Assembly: GCA_050613775.1 (NCBI GenBank)
Contig: JBODTK010000116.1
Location: 434,001 to 498,000, forward strand
Reading direction: 5' to 3'
Source of the DNA: Neocallimastix sp. 'constans'
Lineage: Eukaryota
DNA length: 64,000 nt
Every line of letters starts with the position of its first letter. The stretch's first letter is position 1. Positions 41,366 to 56,344 of this stretch are shown here, in pieces. A program made the translations under genes and the position numbers. A model generated the notes under the pieces. That model was not told the origin of the DNA. It ran no database searches and saw only the letters and a program-made list of their open reading frames with translations.

Positions 41366-42417
41366 TAGTAAAATAATAATAATTATAAATATATAATTTA
41401 TAAGAAGAAAAAAAAATGTTTTAATTATTATATTATATACAACAAGATATATTACGCATAATAATATAATAATCTATAGTATTAATAATATATAGTATTA
41501 ATAAATTTAATTTTAATTTTAATACACAAAAATGAATCTATTTTGGATAAAATTAAAATACTCTAAAAAAGATAATAATTAAAGTTTTCATAATTTATAT
41601 CTAATATTTATTGAATAGATATTGATAAAGTACGCCATGTTCAGTATCTCTTACTGGGAGAAATTATATTTATTTATTTATGTAATTTATTAATATAAAT
41701 ATAATTTTATTTATTTATTTATTAAAATTTTATTTATTTATTTTATAACTTAAATTTATTTAATTAAATACTAAATTTTATAAATTCATATTTTAATATT
41801 ACTAAACTAATTTTATTAATAAAAATATATTTAATTTGGCAATTTTACTGCAAAGAATTAACATAAAGAAAAAGTATTCTTTATATAATTTTCTTTAACT
41901 ACAAACTATTTTAAAATAATAAAAATTAAATATTTAGTTAAATATTATAAAAAATATAATATAAATAATAAAATATTTATAATAATTAGAACATATAAAA
42001 ATATAAATATAATAAAAATATTATAAAATAATTAAAATGAAATAAAACTTTATTTATATATTATTTACATAATTACTTAACATAAAATTTATGTTATAAA
42101 TTTTATGTTTACATCAATTTTTATGCTCTTGCATAATTTTATGTCTTTACATAATTTTAATTTTATCACGTTATTTTCGATCAAGTTTAATTTATGTCAC
42201 GAAATTGCAAATGACTTATTAATTTATTTTTATGTAATTAATAAAATAATTTATTACTAATTAAAGTTTTTATATGGCGGTGATAATCAATAGAATTTAG
42301 TTTTATAATAATATCTTAATGATAATTATAATAATAAAAACTTTTCTATTTTTCTATAAATTATATAATGATTTACATTAAATAATTTAGTTAACTATAC
42401 AATTGAATCATTCTTTT

Positions 42418-42458
<41 letters not shown>

Positions 42459-42565
42459 AAAGAAGGACCGAAAAAACAATTTTTTTAAATATTAAAGTTA
42501 AAAGAATGTATGATTCGAACTATTTTTAGCACTAAAATATTTCCTATTTTTCCCTGTTTTATATG

Positions 42566-42788
<223 letters not shown>

Positions 42789-45700
42789 GAAAAAATAATA
42801 TTAAATCAGTGTTAAAAAAATATATATACTTTAAAATATAGTTAAAAAAGTAAATATATCATATTAATTAAAAAAGAAAATAGATTCAAAATATTAATAT
42901 TTTAAAACTTTTTTTTTTTTTTTTTTTTTTGATCAATTTTAACAGTATTTTTAATAATAATTTTTTTTTTTTTTTTAAGGGAAATAATAATATTGTTAGG
43001 AGTTGTACAGTTTTACCTTTGAAAAAAAAAATTTTTTAAAATTTTAAATCTTATTTAAACAATTTATAATACATATATTAATAATAAAATATAATAAATT
43101 GATTAAAGTCACAGGATTTATCTAAGCTTTGAAGAACGAAAAAAGAAACTAAATAAAAAAAATTAAATATAAAAAAAATAAAATAAAATAAAAATGATTT
43201 ATATAAATATTTTATATTTATATTTATATTTATATATAAACCATATACTAAATAATTATTTATCATATTACAAACCTTAAACTTAATATCTTTATAAAGA
43301 GTGAACTTTGAACTATTTATTTGATTAATAGCAATCCATTCATTTATTTATTGTTACATTTATATTGTATGGCTAATTATTTATTTAAACTTTATATATA
43401 TTTATCAATTTAATGAGGTTATTTTTATTTTCTTTTTTTAATCAAAGTAAATATATATATATAATCTTTTTGTGCAATATTAAAAAAATAATAATTATAT
43501 TAAACAAATCATTTTTTAATTTTTTATATTTTTTTTTTAATTTCGATTGATGCATTTTCTAAAAATTAAGAATGAAAAATAAAAAAAACCTTTTTTTTTT
43601 CTTAAACATTTCCAAATGGAAGAGAAAAAAAAATTTTTTTTTTAATTTTTTTTTTTTTTATTTTTTAATATAATTCATTCAAATTTTAAAAAATAATAAA
43701 AAAATGCTTTTTCCAATAATAAAAAAATTAAAAATTAAAGTTTTCAATCCTATTTATTAATTAAAAATTTTTATTTCTATAAATTAAAATTTGTGTAAAA
43801 GACTTTCTTAAAAAAAAAAAAAAAAAGATTTACATCCATCATAAATATTTAAATTTTTTTTGATTTTTATTATATAATATAATATTATTCTATAATTATT
43901 TAATTATAAAAATTTAATTATTTAAATATATTATCATATATATTGAATATAAATACAATATATCATAATATAGAATATAGAATAGAATTAATAATTTTTA
44001 AATATTTAGATATACTAAATATTATATATTATAATTTTATATATTTTATATTCTATATTTTATATTTTATATTTTATATAATATTATATATTATACTTAA
44101 TATATTTTATATTTTATATTTTATATTTTATATATTATATTTTATATTCTATATAATAATATATATTATATATTTTATATAATAATATATTTTATATTTG
44201 ATATTTTATATATTTTATATTTTATCTAATAATATATTTTATATATTTTACATTTTATTTTATATTTTATATAATACTATATTTTATATTTTATATAATT
44301 ATATTCTATATTTTATATAATAATATATATATTTAATATATTATTAAATTTTGATTTTTGCTTATTTCCTATATATTTATTTATTTTTTTTTTCTAAATT
44401 AATTCTTTGGCATGACATGTACATTAAATATTACATATATATATGTTATATAGTAAAATTAATTATTATGCCATTATTTATATTGTTTAAGAAATAAGAA
44501 AAGATTTATATATTCTAATTATTATAAAACTATTGTTATTCTGTACAATTATGATTAAAGCATGGGTCTATTCAATTCCTCCATTTAAATTACCATCTAC
44601 TATTAATTACGAGCTAACATTATTATATATTCTTTTTTATTTATACTTTTTTTTATTTATATTTTGAGAATTAATGAAGAAATAAATATAAATAAAAATA
44701 AGACTATAAAATTAACATATATATATTTATATTATAATATATATTATATAATTTTTATTAATTAATATTTTTTTTCTCTAATTTCATTCTAAGCTACTTC
44801 ATATTTATCAATATTTTTTTTTGTTAGTATTTAATATATATAATTATTAATGCATTAACAAAGTGGTCTTTCTTTTTTGATATTTCTTTTTTTTTTATTA
44901 TTATTATTTAAAAATTTCACATTATTTTAACATTAAAAATTGTTAATTCTCAATATAAATTATATTATCTCCCTTTTTTTTTATTTGACTTTAGTTATTT
45001 TTCTAAATATAATATTTTTCCTTTTTTCCTTTTTTTTTTTTTTTTTTTATTTATTAATGTTAATTTTTTTAGTTAATATTATACTAAAAATATATATATT
45101 TATTATTATTTATTATTATTTATTATTATTTATTATTATTTATTATTATTATTTATTATTATATATTATTATATATTATTATTTATTATTATTTATTATT
45201 ATTTATTATTATTTATTATTATTTATTATTATTTATTATTATTTATTATTATTAATTATTATTATTTACTATTCAATTATTTATTATTATTATTATTATT
45301 TATTATTTATTATTATTTATTATTATTTATTATTATTTATTATTATTTAATATCATTTATTATTATTATATTATTATTTATTATTATTATTATTATTTGA
45401 TTAATTATGATTTAAACAAAATAAAATAAAATTATCCACAAATAAATTTTTTTATTTTAAGGTTTATATATATTAATTAAAAAAGAAAAAAAAATATCAC
45501 ATATAAATTAAAGACAATATAACATTTTAAAATTTTTTTTCTAAATAAAAATAATTATTTTTATTGTTACAATTGAATATTTTTTTAAATATAAATTTCG
45601 TATATTAATTATTTTACTTATTTTATTATTATATATTAATTATATTTCGTTATTATTTATTTATATTATAAATTAGGTGCTATTATAACCTTTCATTATT

Positions 45701-46350
45701 AATTATTTTAATTATTTATTTTATATAATTATTATTGATTATTTGTAATTATTTATATTATATAATTATTTTGTATTTTATATTATTATTGACTGTATGA
45801 AATTATTTATATTATGTAATTATTTTGTATTTTATATTATTATTGACTATATGAAATTCTTTATAGTATATAATTATTTTGTATTATATATTATTATTAT
45901 GTGTAATTATTTATATAATACAATTGTTTTATATTTTAAAATTTTTACTATTTTTTTTTTTTTTTTTGTTTTGTTTTTGTTTTGTTTTTGTTTTTGTTTT
46001 TTTTCATAACATTTAACATAAATTAAAAACAAACAATACATTTGACTAAATGGATATTTTTTTTATTAAAAATTTTTTATTTTTTATTTTTTATTAGTAA
46101 TAAACTTTTTTTTTTAAAATTTATAATATAAATTATGTGTATTACACAAAATTAAATAAACAATTGAAATATTAATTTTAATTTATTTGAAGCTAAAAAT
46201 TTCCTTAAATTAAAAGTTCTTTTAATTAAAAAGGAAAAAACATAAAAAATAGATGGAACAATTTTTGAATATTATTAAAAAAAAAATTTTTTTTTTTTTA
46301 ATTCATTTTGAACATATTTTTATTTTTATTAATTAATAGTTTATAATTGA

Positions 46351-46382
<32 letters not shown>

Positions 46383-46785
46383 TTTTTTTTTAATAATAAT
46401 AAATAATAAAATAAATTATTTATTTATATATTATCTATTATTATTTAGCATTAAGTATTATTATTGGGTTTATATATACAATGAAAATACAAAAAAGTTC
46501 ATAAATTATCTTTATATATATATATATATAAGCTTTAAACTATTAAAAAAAATATATTAAAATAGTTTTTTTTTGTTTATTTTGTTTATTACAGACTTAT
46601 TTATATCTTGTTTAAAATTCTTTTATTATTAATATTATTAATTTTCTAAAAAAATAAACTTTAACTATCTTTAAGAAAAACCTTTTTCTATCTATTTTTT
46701 TTTTTTTTTTATTAACTATTACAATTATACAAAAAAAATAAAATAAATAAAAATAAATAAATAAATAAAAACGTTATTATATAAA

Positions 46786-48478
46786 TGTTAGAATATGTGA
46801 AACATATGAAATAAGGTTCATACTAAACCTACAAAAGAGAAGATATAAAAGGTTTCATCTTATCCACAAAGAGTGGCACTTTGGTTTCCTCTTACCAACA
46901 AAAGTACACAACTTGAAGGTTATTGCTAAGCCGTCCAAAGCATATGCTTATACAATTAACTATACACGTATAACTACAAACAAAGATTGCTAGATGCTTC
47001 AATACGAAAAAGCATAATATTTAACCAATGAGTTGTATAATTCGATAAAATTTTAATCTCATCTGACTCTATTTGAAGCTATTCAAGATAACTAATTACT
47101 TATTTTAATAAAAAATCTTATTGATGTTACCATAAGGTGATATATAGTTTACATAATATTCACAATCACCAGTTGTTACTAATCTAAGAAGCATCAGTTA
47201 TTGCTAAACAGAAAAAGCATTACACTTAAACAACATATGCGCGTATATACAACTATTTTAACAAGTACATATAAGAACTATGAGTCAATAACAGCATTTG
47301 AAGAGTTATAATTCATTAAACTACGAAAATGTGATTGTAAGACGCCTTTGAGTAAAGAGCATTATATAATCTAAAGTTATTTATGATAAATAATATACAT
47401 ACACAGAATACTACATAAAGATATTATAACAAGAAAATCTAAAATTCGATTGATATAAAATATTTGAATTTTAAAGGGAAGCGAGATAAAGTATTTTGAT
47501 ACTACTTATAGCCAAATATTTGAAATGTTTATGACATGACAAAATACTCAATATGATAATATACTAAATCATTACATTTAATTAATCTCTATGTTTTTGA
47601 TCAATCAATATTGAATATATTACTGAATGCACACACTTATTTAATAAAAATTCATACACAATTCCAGAAATTAGACATATCCTTCACTTAAATAAAATAT
47701 AATATGTTACAAACTTAGAAGAATAAATATCACTACAAATATCTAATATATTTATTCGAATAGTATTTAATAAATTTACTACTTAATTATAACGTGTATA
47801 TTCGAAGGATGATGTCATTTAATACGATATATAACTATAACTATATACATTAATCATATATTCTCATATATAATAGACCAATATAACGAAGCGTTGTGAT
47901 GCCGACTTACCAAAACAAGCGGTGCTAATATTAGACACCTTATGTCGCTGCATTAATAAAATGTTGAGATCGTTAAATTATTGGTTAATATTCTAATTAA
48001 CTTTGTTGGACTTCTTAAGCTTAAAACATAATATCACAATTTAAGAATACTAACCTAAGGGGGAATAATAATATCAATTCGCAAAATTTAAACTAAATTA
48101 TTTATTGTTTTATGAAACGCATTTAAATATAATTGAAATTAGAGAAATTAGAAATTAGGAAATTTTGGTTTAAAGAAATAATACGCATATTCACCGACAA
48201 ACCGAATTGTTTTTATTCAAGCAATTAGGTTTGAGGGGAAATGTTAAAATAGGTGAAACATATGAAGTAAGTGTCATATTTAATTAAAAACATATTAAAT
48301 AACTTATTGAAGTATATTTAATGCATGTCAAATATATTAATGCATATTATAATAAATTAAATGTACAAGTCCCAATGTAAAAATATAAATACATGTAAAT
48401 TTGTATTAGTTAACTTTTAATATAAGTAACTCAAAATAACTCTTTTAGTCATAATATATTCATTTAATAAAATTAACA
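46786..48478 (+). mobile_element. Degenerate Ty1/copia-like LTR retrotransposon relic with 3' LTR at 48242-48478
   Basis: Polypurine tract GAGGGGAAA directly before TGTTAA (48242); inverted end TTAACA (48478). The LTR start TGTTAxAATAxGTGAAACATATGAAxTAAG recurs at 46786. An LEGYC remnant at ~46912 resembles the start of copia RNase H. Confidence 0.6.
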
Positions 48479-48762
48479 TATAAATTCCAAATTACTAATA
48501 ATAAAGAAATAATTATAAATAATAAATTATACCTTTTAATGATTTTTAAAATTTCATTCTAATTATTAATACTTCTATAAAAATAAGCTATATCCAAATA
48601 TCAAATTATCAAATTATTTTTTTTTCATAAAATTATACAATGTAATTAATTATCTTTTATTTATTTATTAAATTCAATTGATATTTATTTTCTTATATAC
48701 TTATATTTAAAACATATTAATGAAAAGTAAATAGAAAGTAGATAATTAAAAAGGAACAGAAA

Positions 48763-48810
<48 letters not shown>

Positions 48811-49186
48811 TTTAAAAAAAAAAAAATTATGATATAATAATTAAATATGTATATATATCAAATATGAAAATAAATTATTTTAATTTAAAAAAATAAACAT
48901 TATACATTATAAATACCATTAATATTATTCACTCAAAAGCCTTTTTTTATTTTGTTTTTAATTTGTTTTTAATTTGTTTTTATTTTGTTTTTATTTTGTT
49001 GTTTTGTTTTTTTATTTTTGTCTGTTACTATTTAATTACAAAGTGTTAAATTTAGTAGAATTTAAAAGTACAAAAATATAAATATATAATAAAATAGATA
49101 ACTATTTTTTTTTTTTGTTTTTAAATAGTTTTAAAATAGTTACTGAGCTAATTGAGAGGGTTGCGTTAGTACTGTATATTTAAAGA

Positions 49187-49702
<516 letters not shown>

Positions 49703-50005
49703 ACTATTTTCATTACAATTATTTTCCAAATAATTTTTTTTTTCAAGTTCTTTACGAAATACTATATATTTCCTTTTTTTTTTTTTTTTTTTTTAAATTT
49801 TTAGAATTTTTTTGAATTTTTTTGAATTTTCTTGAATTTTTTTGAATTTTCTTGAATTTTTTTGAATTTTTTTGAATTTTTTTGAATTTTTTTGAATTTT
49901 TCGCTTCTTCAAGTGCTATAATCAAGAAAAGCAAAAATTATTAAAATGGTTAGATATCTAGGATGAAGTATATCCGTACGAAAGATCAAATCAACAGAGT
50001 TCGAA

Positions 50006-50047
<42 letters not shown>

Positions 50048-50211
50048 TTTACATATCATTCCAATAAAAAAAAAAAAAAGCATATTTCAACAAATAACTG
50101 TCATTAATTGCCATAAAAATGAAAAATGAGTATGCTACTGACAACTGTTTTTTTTTTTTTTTGTTTTTTTTTTCAACCCATCAAATTCATCAAATAATAA
50201 CTATAAGGGTG

Positions 50212-50246
<35 letters not shown>

Positions 50247-50564
50247 AATAATAAATCAAGAAATAAAAATAATCAAAAAAGAACACCTTTAAGTAGGAAA
50301 GTTAATAAAAGAAACTTCAAAAATCTTTTACTGTTGATTAGGAAGCACATATACAATTCAGATTCAGATTCAAATTTAGATGCTTCAATTCGACTTCTAC
50401 TTCAATACAACAACTAATATTACTTGAAACCAATTATAATAATAACTCAATAACGCCTAGAAACATAAAGGTAAATAAAGTAAAGGCCCGAAATCTTAAA
50501 AGAAGAAAATAATAATAAGGAAGATAACAACAAAGAACCCATGGACCCGGAAATTTTGGATAAA

Positions 50565-50608
<44 letters not shown>

Positions 50609-52626
50609 TAATATTAAAAGGGAAAATAAAACTATCCATAAAAAATAAAAATAAAAAAATAAAAAATAAAAAAAAAAAAAAATAAAAAATAAAAAAATAT
50701 GTAAAAATGAAAAAAAAATTATTTAAGAAACAAAAAAAAATAAAATAAAAACAACAGAAAAAGGAAAAGAATAAAAAACTACTTTAAAAAAAAAAGTAAT
50801 GTTTTTAAAATTTATTTTCTTTAATTATTATTATATAATGATAAAAGAATTAATATTATAATTGTTAATGAAATTTTTAGAAAAAAAAAAAAAAAAAAAA
50901 GGATCGAATGAAAAAAAATTTTAATAATTATTATTTGTGATATTTTTTGATGTCAGTTATTATAAATGATTATTTTTAAAATTAATTATAAATAAATATA
51001 TATATATATATTATTATTATTATTATTATTTTATTCGTAAAAATTATAAATTTAATACTGAAATTATAAAATTAAATAATATCCATATTAATTATTCTGT
51101 TTAAATAATTTAAAAATTTATTAATAAATAATATATTCATAATTATAAAAAAAAATTCATATAAAATTTTTATATTATTTATTTTACAATTCCAGCTATT
51201 ATTTCTAAATATTTATATTCTTATTTATATATAAAAAAAATCAATATATTTATAATTTATATTTGTTAATACATATAATATTTTATAATTATAATTATTA
51301 AAATTTGTTTTTAAAAAAAAAAAAAGTTAATGTGAATACTAAAAACTAATAAAAAAAGTATCATTTATTAATTTTACAGAAAAAAAATAAACTAAATAAA
51401 TATACAATTTTATTAATTATATAAAAAAAAAAAAATTTTTTTAATAATTTAACAAATGTTTGTTATAAATCATGCCTATTTAATTTCATTTAATATTAAT
51501 TATTTGATATGGTAATATTAATATATTATCTGCCTAAATTTTTTTTTTTTTATTTTGAGTATTTATAATTTGAAAACAAAATATTAATAATAATTACTAG
51601 TAATATTTTAATGTATGTATTTCAATAATATAATCTTATCATTATATTTATTTTTATAATTTTTATATTTTTAATCTATAAAAAATAATCTGAACGATAA
51701 AAGACTATAGGAAAGGAAATTTAAAATATAATTAATATTAAGCATTATATATTTATATATTTTTTATTTTTTTACAAAAAAAAAAAAAAAAAAAATAAAA
51801 AAAAATTATTATATGATATATTAAAAATTTAATTATATTATAATTAAAAAATATGTTAAGTAAGTACAATAAAAATTTGGTATTAAATTTCATATTTTTT
51901 TTTAAAAAAAAAAAAAAATTTACGGATAAGAATATAATTGGTGTACCAGAATCCTTTATTCCATAAAAACCAAATGTTGGATGGATAATAGGAAGGAAGA
52001 TACAATAATAAAAAAAAAAAAAATGGATGACATATTTTTTTAAAATTAATCATTTTTATTTTTACCTGAATTTGATATTATTAAATTCACAACTAAAAAA
52101 AATAAAAAAATAAAAATAAAAATAAAGTTAAAGCCAATTAAGCAATATGCTTTGTTTATTTGGGTTTATATCATTATTAAATCTCTTTTATTTTTAATTA
52201 TATTGAAATAAATAAAAAAAGCAAAAAATGGATGAACCATAAAACCAACATTAGTAATATAATTGATTAATTAATAATAAATATAAAAAAAAAAATTAAA
52301 AGTCATTATAAATATTATATAAATTAGAATTATTTCATTATTTCATTTTATTAAATTAATTTCTGTAAAAAGAGTATGAAAATTAATATAATGATACTTA
52401 AATTACAATATATAATTAATACTAATAATTTATATATATTTTATAATAATATTTAGAATTAATTTTTAATTATTTATTTTAGAAATAACTTTTTCTTTAA
52501 TTAATGATTATTTTATTTTTTATTATAATTATAGTCTTAGAAGTTATAATTTATTGAATGACTCATTTGGATGAAATTAATTTATTTCAAAAGTAATTCT
52601 TGTTATCTTTTAGCATCATTAATTTC

Positions 52627-52706
<80 letters not shown>

Positions 52707-52785
52707 TAAAAAAGTAAAGCAAACCAAATAAAAAACTAATAAAAAAAAAAAAAAAACATATTTATATATTTATTAACAACAAATT

Positions 52786-53293
52786 ACTTTATATACCTAT
52801 TTATTTATAATTTATATTATTATATCAACCATTGGTAGTATTTATAATGGCCATGACAATCATTACTTCAAATTTTCATTTATATCATCATTCTTTATAT
52901 TTTATTTTTTTTTTCTTTTTTTTTTTTTTTGTAATTATTTAATTTATATTTATATACAACAGAACAGTTAATATAGGTATATTTTATTGTAAGCATAGAA
53001 ATACTTTTAAAAAAAATAAAAGGCTATATGATTTACGAAATGGTGAATTAGATTGGAGAAATAAGCAATAATTTTTCTAATAAATAAACCCTTTTTTTTT
53101 TTTTTTTTTTTTTTGTTGATGTTGTTGATTTCACAGTAAAGTATCTAACAGTGAAAGTTCATATGCTCCAACTTTATATACCTATTTATTTATAATTTAT
53201 ATTATTATATCAACCATTCGTAGTATTTATGATGGCCTTGACAAACATTACTCCAAATTTTTCATTTATATCATCATTCTTTATATTTTATTT

Positions 53294-53300
<7 letters not shown>
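52786..53300 (-). mobile_element. ~260-bp poly(A)-tailed insert (minus strand) between two ~125-bp direct repeats
   Basis: ACTTTATATACCTATTT...CATCATTCTTTATATTTTATTTT at 52786-52913 and 53171-53300 (about 5 substitutions). The insert has poly(T) tracts at ~52905-52930 and ~53093-53114. Confidence 0.65.
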
Positions 53301-53331
<31 letters not shown>

Positions 53332-54113
53332 ATACCATTAAAAAAATATTACCTTTCTATCTTCTATCTTTTTATTTATATTATTTTTAATAATGGATAG
53401 TTTTTTCTTTGTAAAACAATAATCGAAACTATTTTTTTTATTTTTTTTTTTTTTTTTATATTTTTTCTAGCTTATGGCTAATTTATTAATTGTAATCAGT
53501 TTAACATAAATATTTTTTTTTTTTAAAAAAAAAAAAAATTCACATTAAAGTATATATATATATAATTTTTCTCAGGATTAATTATTATAAGTTAGTCAAT
53601 TTGAGAAATGATAATAAAATAAAATAAGCAATACAATCAATAATTAATAAATAAAATAAAGATAATAGTAATAATAATAGTAATATATAAGTGAATAAGA
53701 AAACATAGAATTACAAATTACAGTATTAGTAATAATAAAAAGTTGAAGTAAAAAAAATCAAATAAATTTAAATTTTTCAAAATTATTTGTACAAACTTTC
53801 ATTTTATTATTAATTAAAAAGAATATATATGTAATAAAATAATAAAATATTATTATATAATTACCATGATTTGATAAATATTTTATTATATTATTATATT
53901 TAAATTATTTATATATATATATGTATTTTTAATAAATTTATAATTTATTATAATATCTCATAACCATATATATTCTATAGGGATGTACAAGCCAGTTTAG
54001 TAGTATTCTCTCAATGAAGACTACTACTCATGTTATTCATGATACCGATAGGTGATAGTAATTCCAAATATTGCTCAATGAATTCTTTGGTGATATTTAT
54101 TTCAATAAAGAAT

Positions 54114-54353
54114 AATATATTTTGAATTTATCACCCATTGGAACTATTGCTGTGGAAACTCAAGTGATGAGTCACAATGGGTGATAAATTCAAAATGTAT
54201 TAACATGACAAAAAAAAAAATAAAAAAAAGATAAGCTTTATAGTCACTTGGAACTATTGCTGTGGAAACTCAAGTGATGAGTCACAAGTGACTATAAAGC
54301 TTATCTTTTTTTTTTTTTTTTTTTTTTTTATTATTTTTTTTTTTTGTCATGTT
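54114..54353. repeat. Two adjacent hairpins with an identical 34-nt loop (40-bp direct repeat) and different stems
   Basis: TTGGAACTATTGCTGTGGAAACTCAAGTGATGAGTCACAA at 54138-54177 and 54248-54287. Inverted arms 54114-54140/54175-54201 and 54202-54250/54285-54353. Confidence 0.92.
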
Positions 54354-54625
54354 GGTCCACAGTCAGTTAAGACAATACAGGTTACTGTAGTAGTCGGGGG
54401 TTTCAAATCCTGCGACACGGCACCTTGAGGTTTTTCTATCCTGGAATATCATACAACCACAAGTAGTATCCAAAAGGCTTTCCCTTCGACCGCTTATTCA
54501 CCCAACCCTAATACTATCCTATGACTTAAATCATTAGGCCTTGATGGTGACTCCGGTTAAATTCTATAGAAATTAAGTGACAAATATTCCAACACGTCAG
54601 TGATTACATCCACTGGAGTGTCTCT
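54346..54625 (+). mobile_element. tRNA-derived SINE-like element (tRNA-like head 54346-54422 plus ~200-bp body)
   Basis: Acceptor-like pairing GTCATGT/ACACGGC-A; A-box-like TGGTCCACAGTCAGTTAAGAC; stem TACAG/CTGTA; B-box-like GGGTTTCAAATCC. Followed by a relatively GC-rich unique body. Confidence 0.6.
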
Positions 54626-54967
54626 ATATTTTATCAATGTATTTTTTTTTTTTTTTTTTTTTTTTAATATTAAAAAAAAAAAAATTAAAAATAAAAATAA
54701 ACAAATAAAAAAAAATAATATTACAAATTTAATATAAAAGAATTTTAAAATTAATTAAAAAAATAGAATTCCATCAATAAATTAAATGAGCATATTATAT
54801 AAGAATTTGAATATCAATAAAAGTGAGAAGAGTGGGCTAGCCTACATAGCATACATAGGTCTCCTTACTTGGCTCGATCTCGCCCGATGACCATTGTCCA
54901 AGGTTTTCCTTCCAAGAAGTTTTGACGGAACATGATGGTTAGGACTACAGGTTAAGTATAAGGATCG

Positions 54968-55046
54968 GGGAGTGGGACATTTCGCAAAATTGAAAATTAT
55001 TAAAAAAATAAATAAATCAATAAATAAAATTAAATATTATTAATAT

Positions 55047-55129
<83 letters not shown>

Positions 55130-55194
55130 TATCAATACTCCACTTGTCGAAATGTAACCTGGCAAAATGCAAATTGTTGAAATGCAACTCTCCC
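54968..55194. mobile_element. MITE related to 8498-8723
   Basis: Ends GGGAGTGGGACATTTCGC / GAAATGCAACTCTCCC. Shares internal AAATTGAAAATTAT and TTATATCAATA..CCACTTG. Possible degenerate TSD TAAGGATCG/TGGGGATCG. Confidence 0.75.
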
Positions 55195-55195
55195 T

Positions 55196-55694
55196 GGGGA
55201 TCGTGCATTTCACAATGTGGTGTTTTTTATATGTGGCATTTTTTTTTCTAATAATTAAATATATAATATTTAATTGTAAAAATAATTTTTTATAAAAAAA
55301 AAATAATTTTTTTTTTATAATTCTTTTTTAATAGAATCTATTATTACTCCTTTTGAAATTGTTATTTAATAATATTTAATTGTAAAAGTATATTATTATT
55401 ATTTCTTTTGAAATAGTTATTTAATAATAGTTAATTGTAAAAATATATTATTATTTCTTTTGAAATTGTGGAGAGGTCCAAAAACGCCAATTTTTCACGT
55501 GATATATCAAATTTTGAGGCTTTTTAAATTAATAGTTATATGATACTATTTTGTTGTATTATTAATTTGTAATTTTTTTCTTAAAATTTATTAAGTGAAT
55601 AATTAAATAAATTATAATGATTAGATAAAAAAAAATATTTTTTTACAAAAAAAAAAAATAAAATAAAATATTCAAACAATTAAAAGTTTTATTT

Positions 55695-55732
<38 letters not shown>

Positions 55733-56344
55733 TAATAATATACTTTAACAATTATATAGATTTATTTATTTAAAAAAAAATATTAATAAAATATTTAAAC
55801 AACTATTAATAAAATACTTTAGCAATTATATAGATTTATTTATTTAAAAAAAAATTAATAAAATATTTAAACAATTATTAATAAAATTAATTATAAATAT
55901 TAATAATAAAATATAAAAATATAATATAAATATTAATAATAAAATATATAAAAATAAGGTTATAAGGAAAATAATTATTTATCATTTTCCTTATAACATG
56001 ATTGTCAAAAAAAAAAAAAAAAAAAATTATATAAAAATATTTTATTTTTTATTGACCTTTTTAATTTTTATTTATTTATTTATTTACTTATTTATTTATA
56101 CATTTATTTCTTTATTACTTAAAATTATATTAAATTTTATGGCGTTATAATATAAATTTTAAAAGCCACAAATAAATAGATGGCTTATTAAAATTTCAAA
56201 AAAAAATTAGCGTTTTGGACCACATTCTTGAAATTGTTATTATTTAATAATGATTATACGGAATATCTTAAAAATGTATGGCTTTATTTTAAAAATTTTA
56301 AAAGCCACCTTACGAAATGCTTGATTACAAAATGCATCACATTC
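55196..56344. mobile_element. Probable older MITE of the same superfamily hosting a nested MITE
   Basis: Degenerate termini GGGGATCGTGCATTTC and AAATGCATCACATTC; subterminal GTGGC/GCCAC motifs as in the other MITEs. Confidence 0.5.
55470..56227. mobile_element. Nested MITE, relative of 7879-8478
   Basis: TIRs GGTCCAAAACGCCAA / TTAGCGTTTTGGACC. TSD TTGAAATTGT (55460-55469, 56228-56237). Shares TTTTCACGTGAT, ATGGCGTTA, TTTTAAAAGCCA, CACATTC with 7879-8478. Confidence 0.82.

Noticed and set aside
41835..42211. Possible MITE (TTTGGCAATTTT...GAAATTGCAAA with ACATAA/TTTTATG subrepeats)
   Set aside because: TIRs are short and imperfect, with no TSD and no second copy in the window.
54138..54287. 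CRISPR-like repeat-spacer-repeat or hammerhead ribozyme (GAAACTCA...TGAGTC resembles stem III)
   Set aside because: Only two repeats, the spacer is inverted flank DNA, no cas genes and a eukaryotic context. The CUGANGA core and stem II are missing.
54346..54422. Functional tRNA gene
   Set aside because: Mismatched acceptor and T stems, 4-nt anticodon loop, no Pol III terminator immediately downstream.
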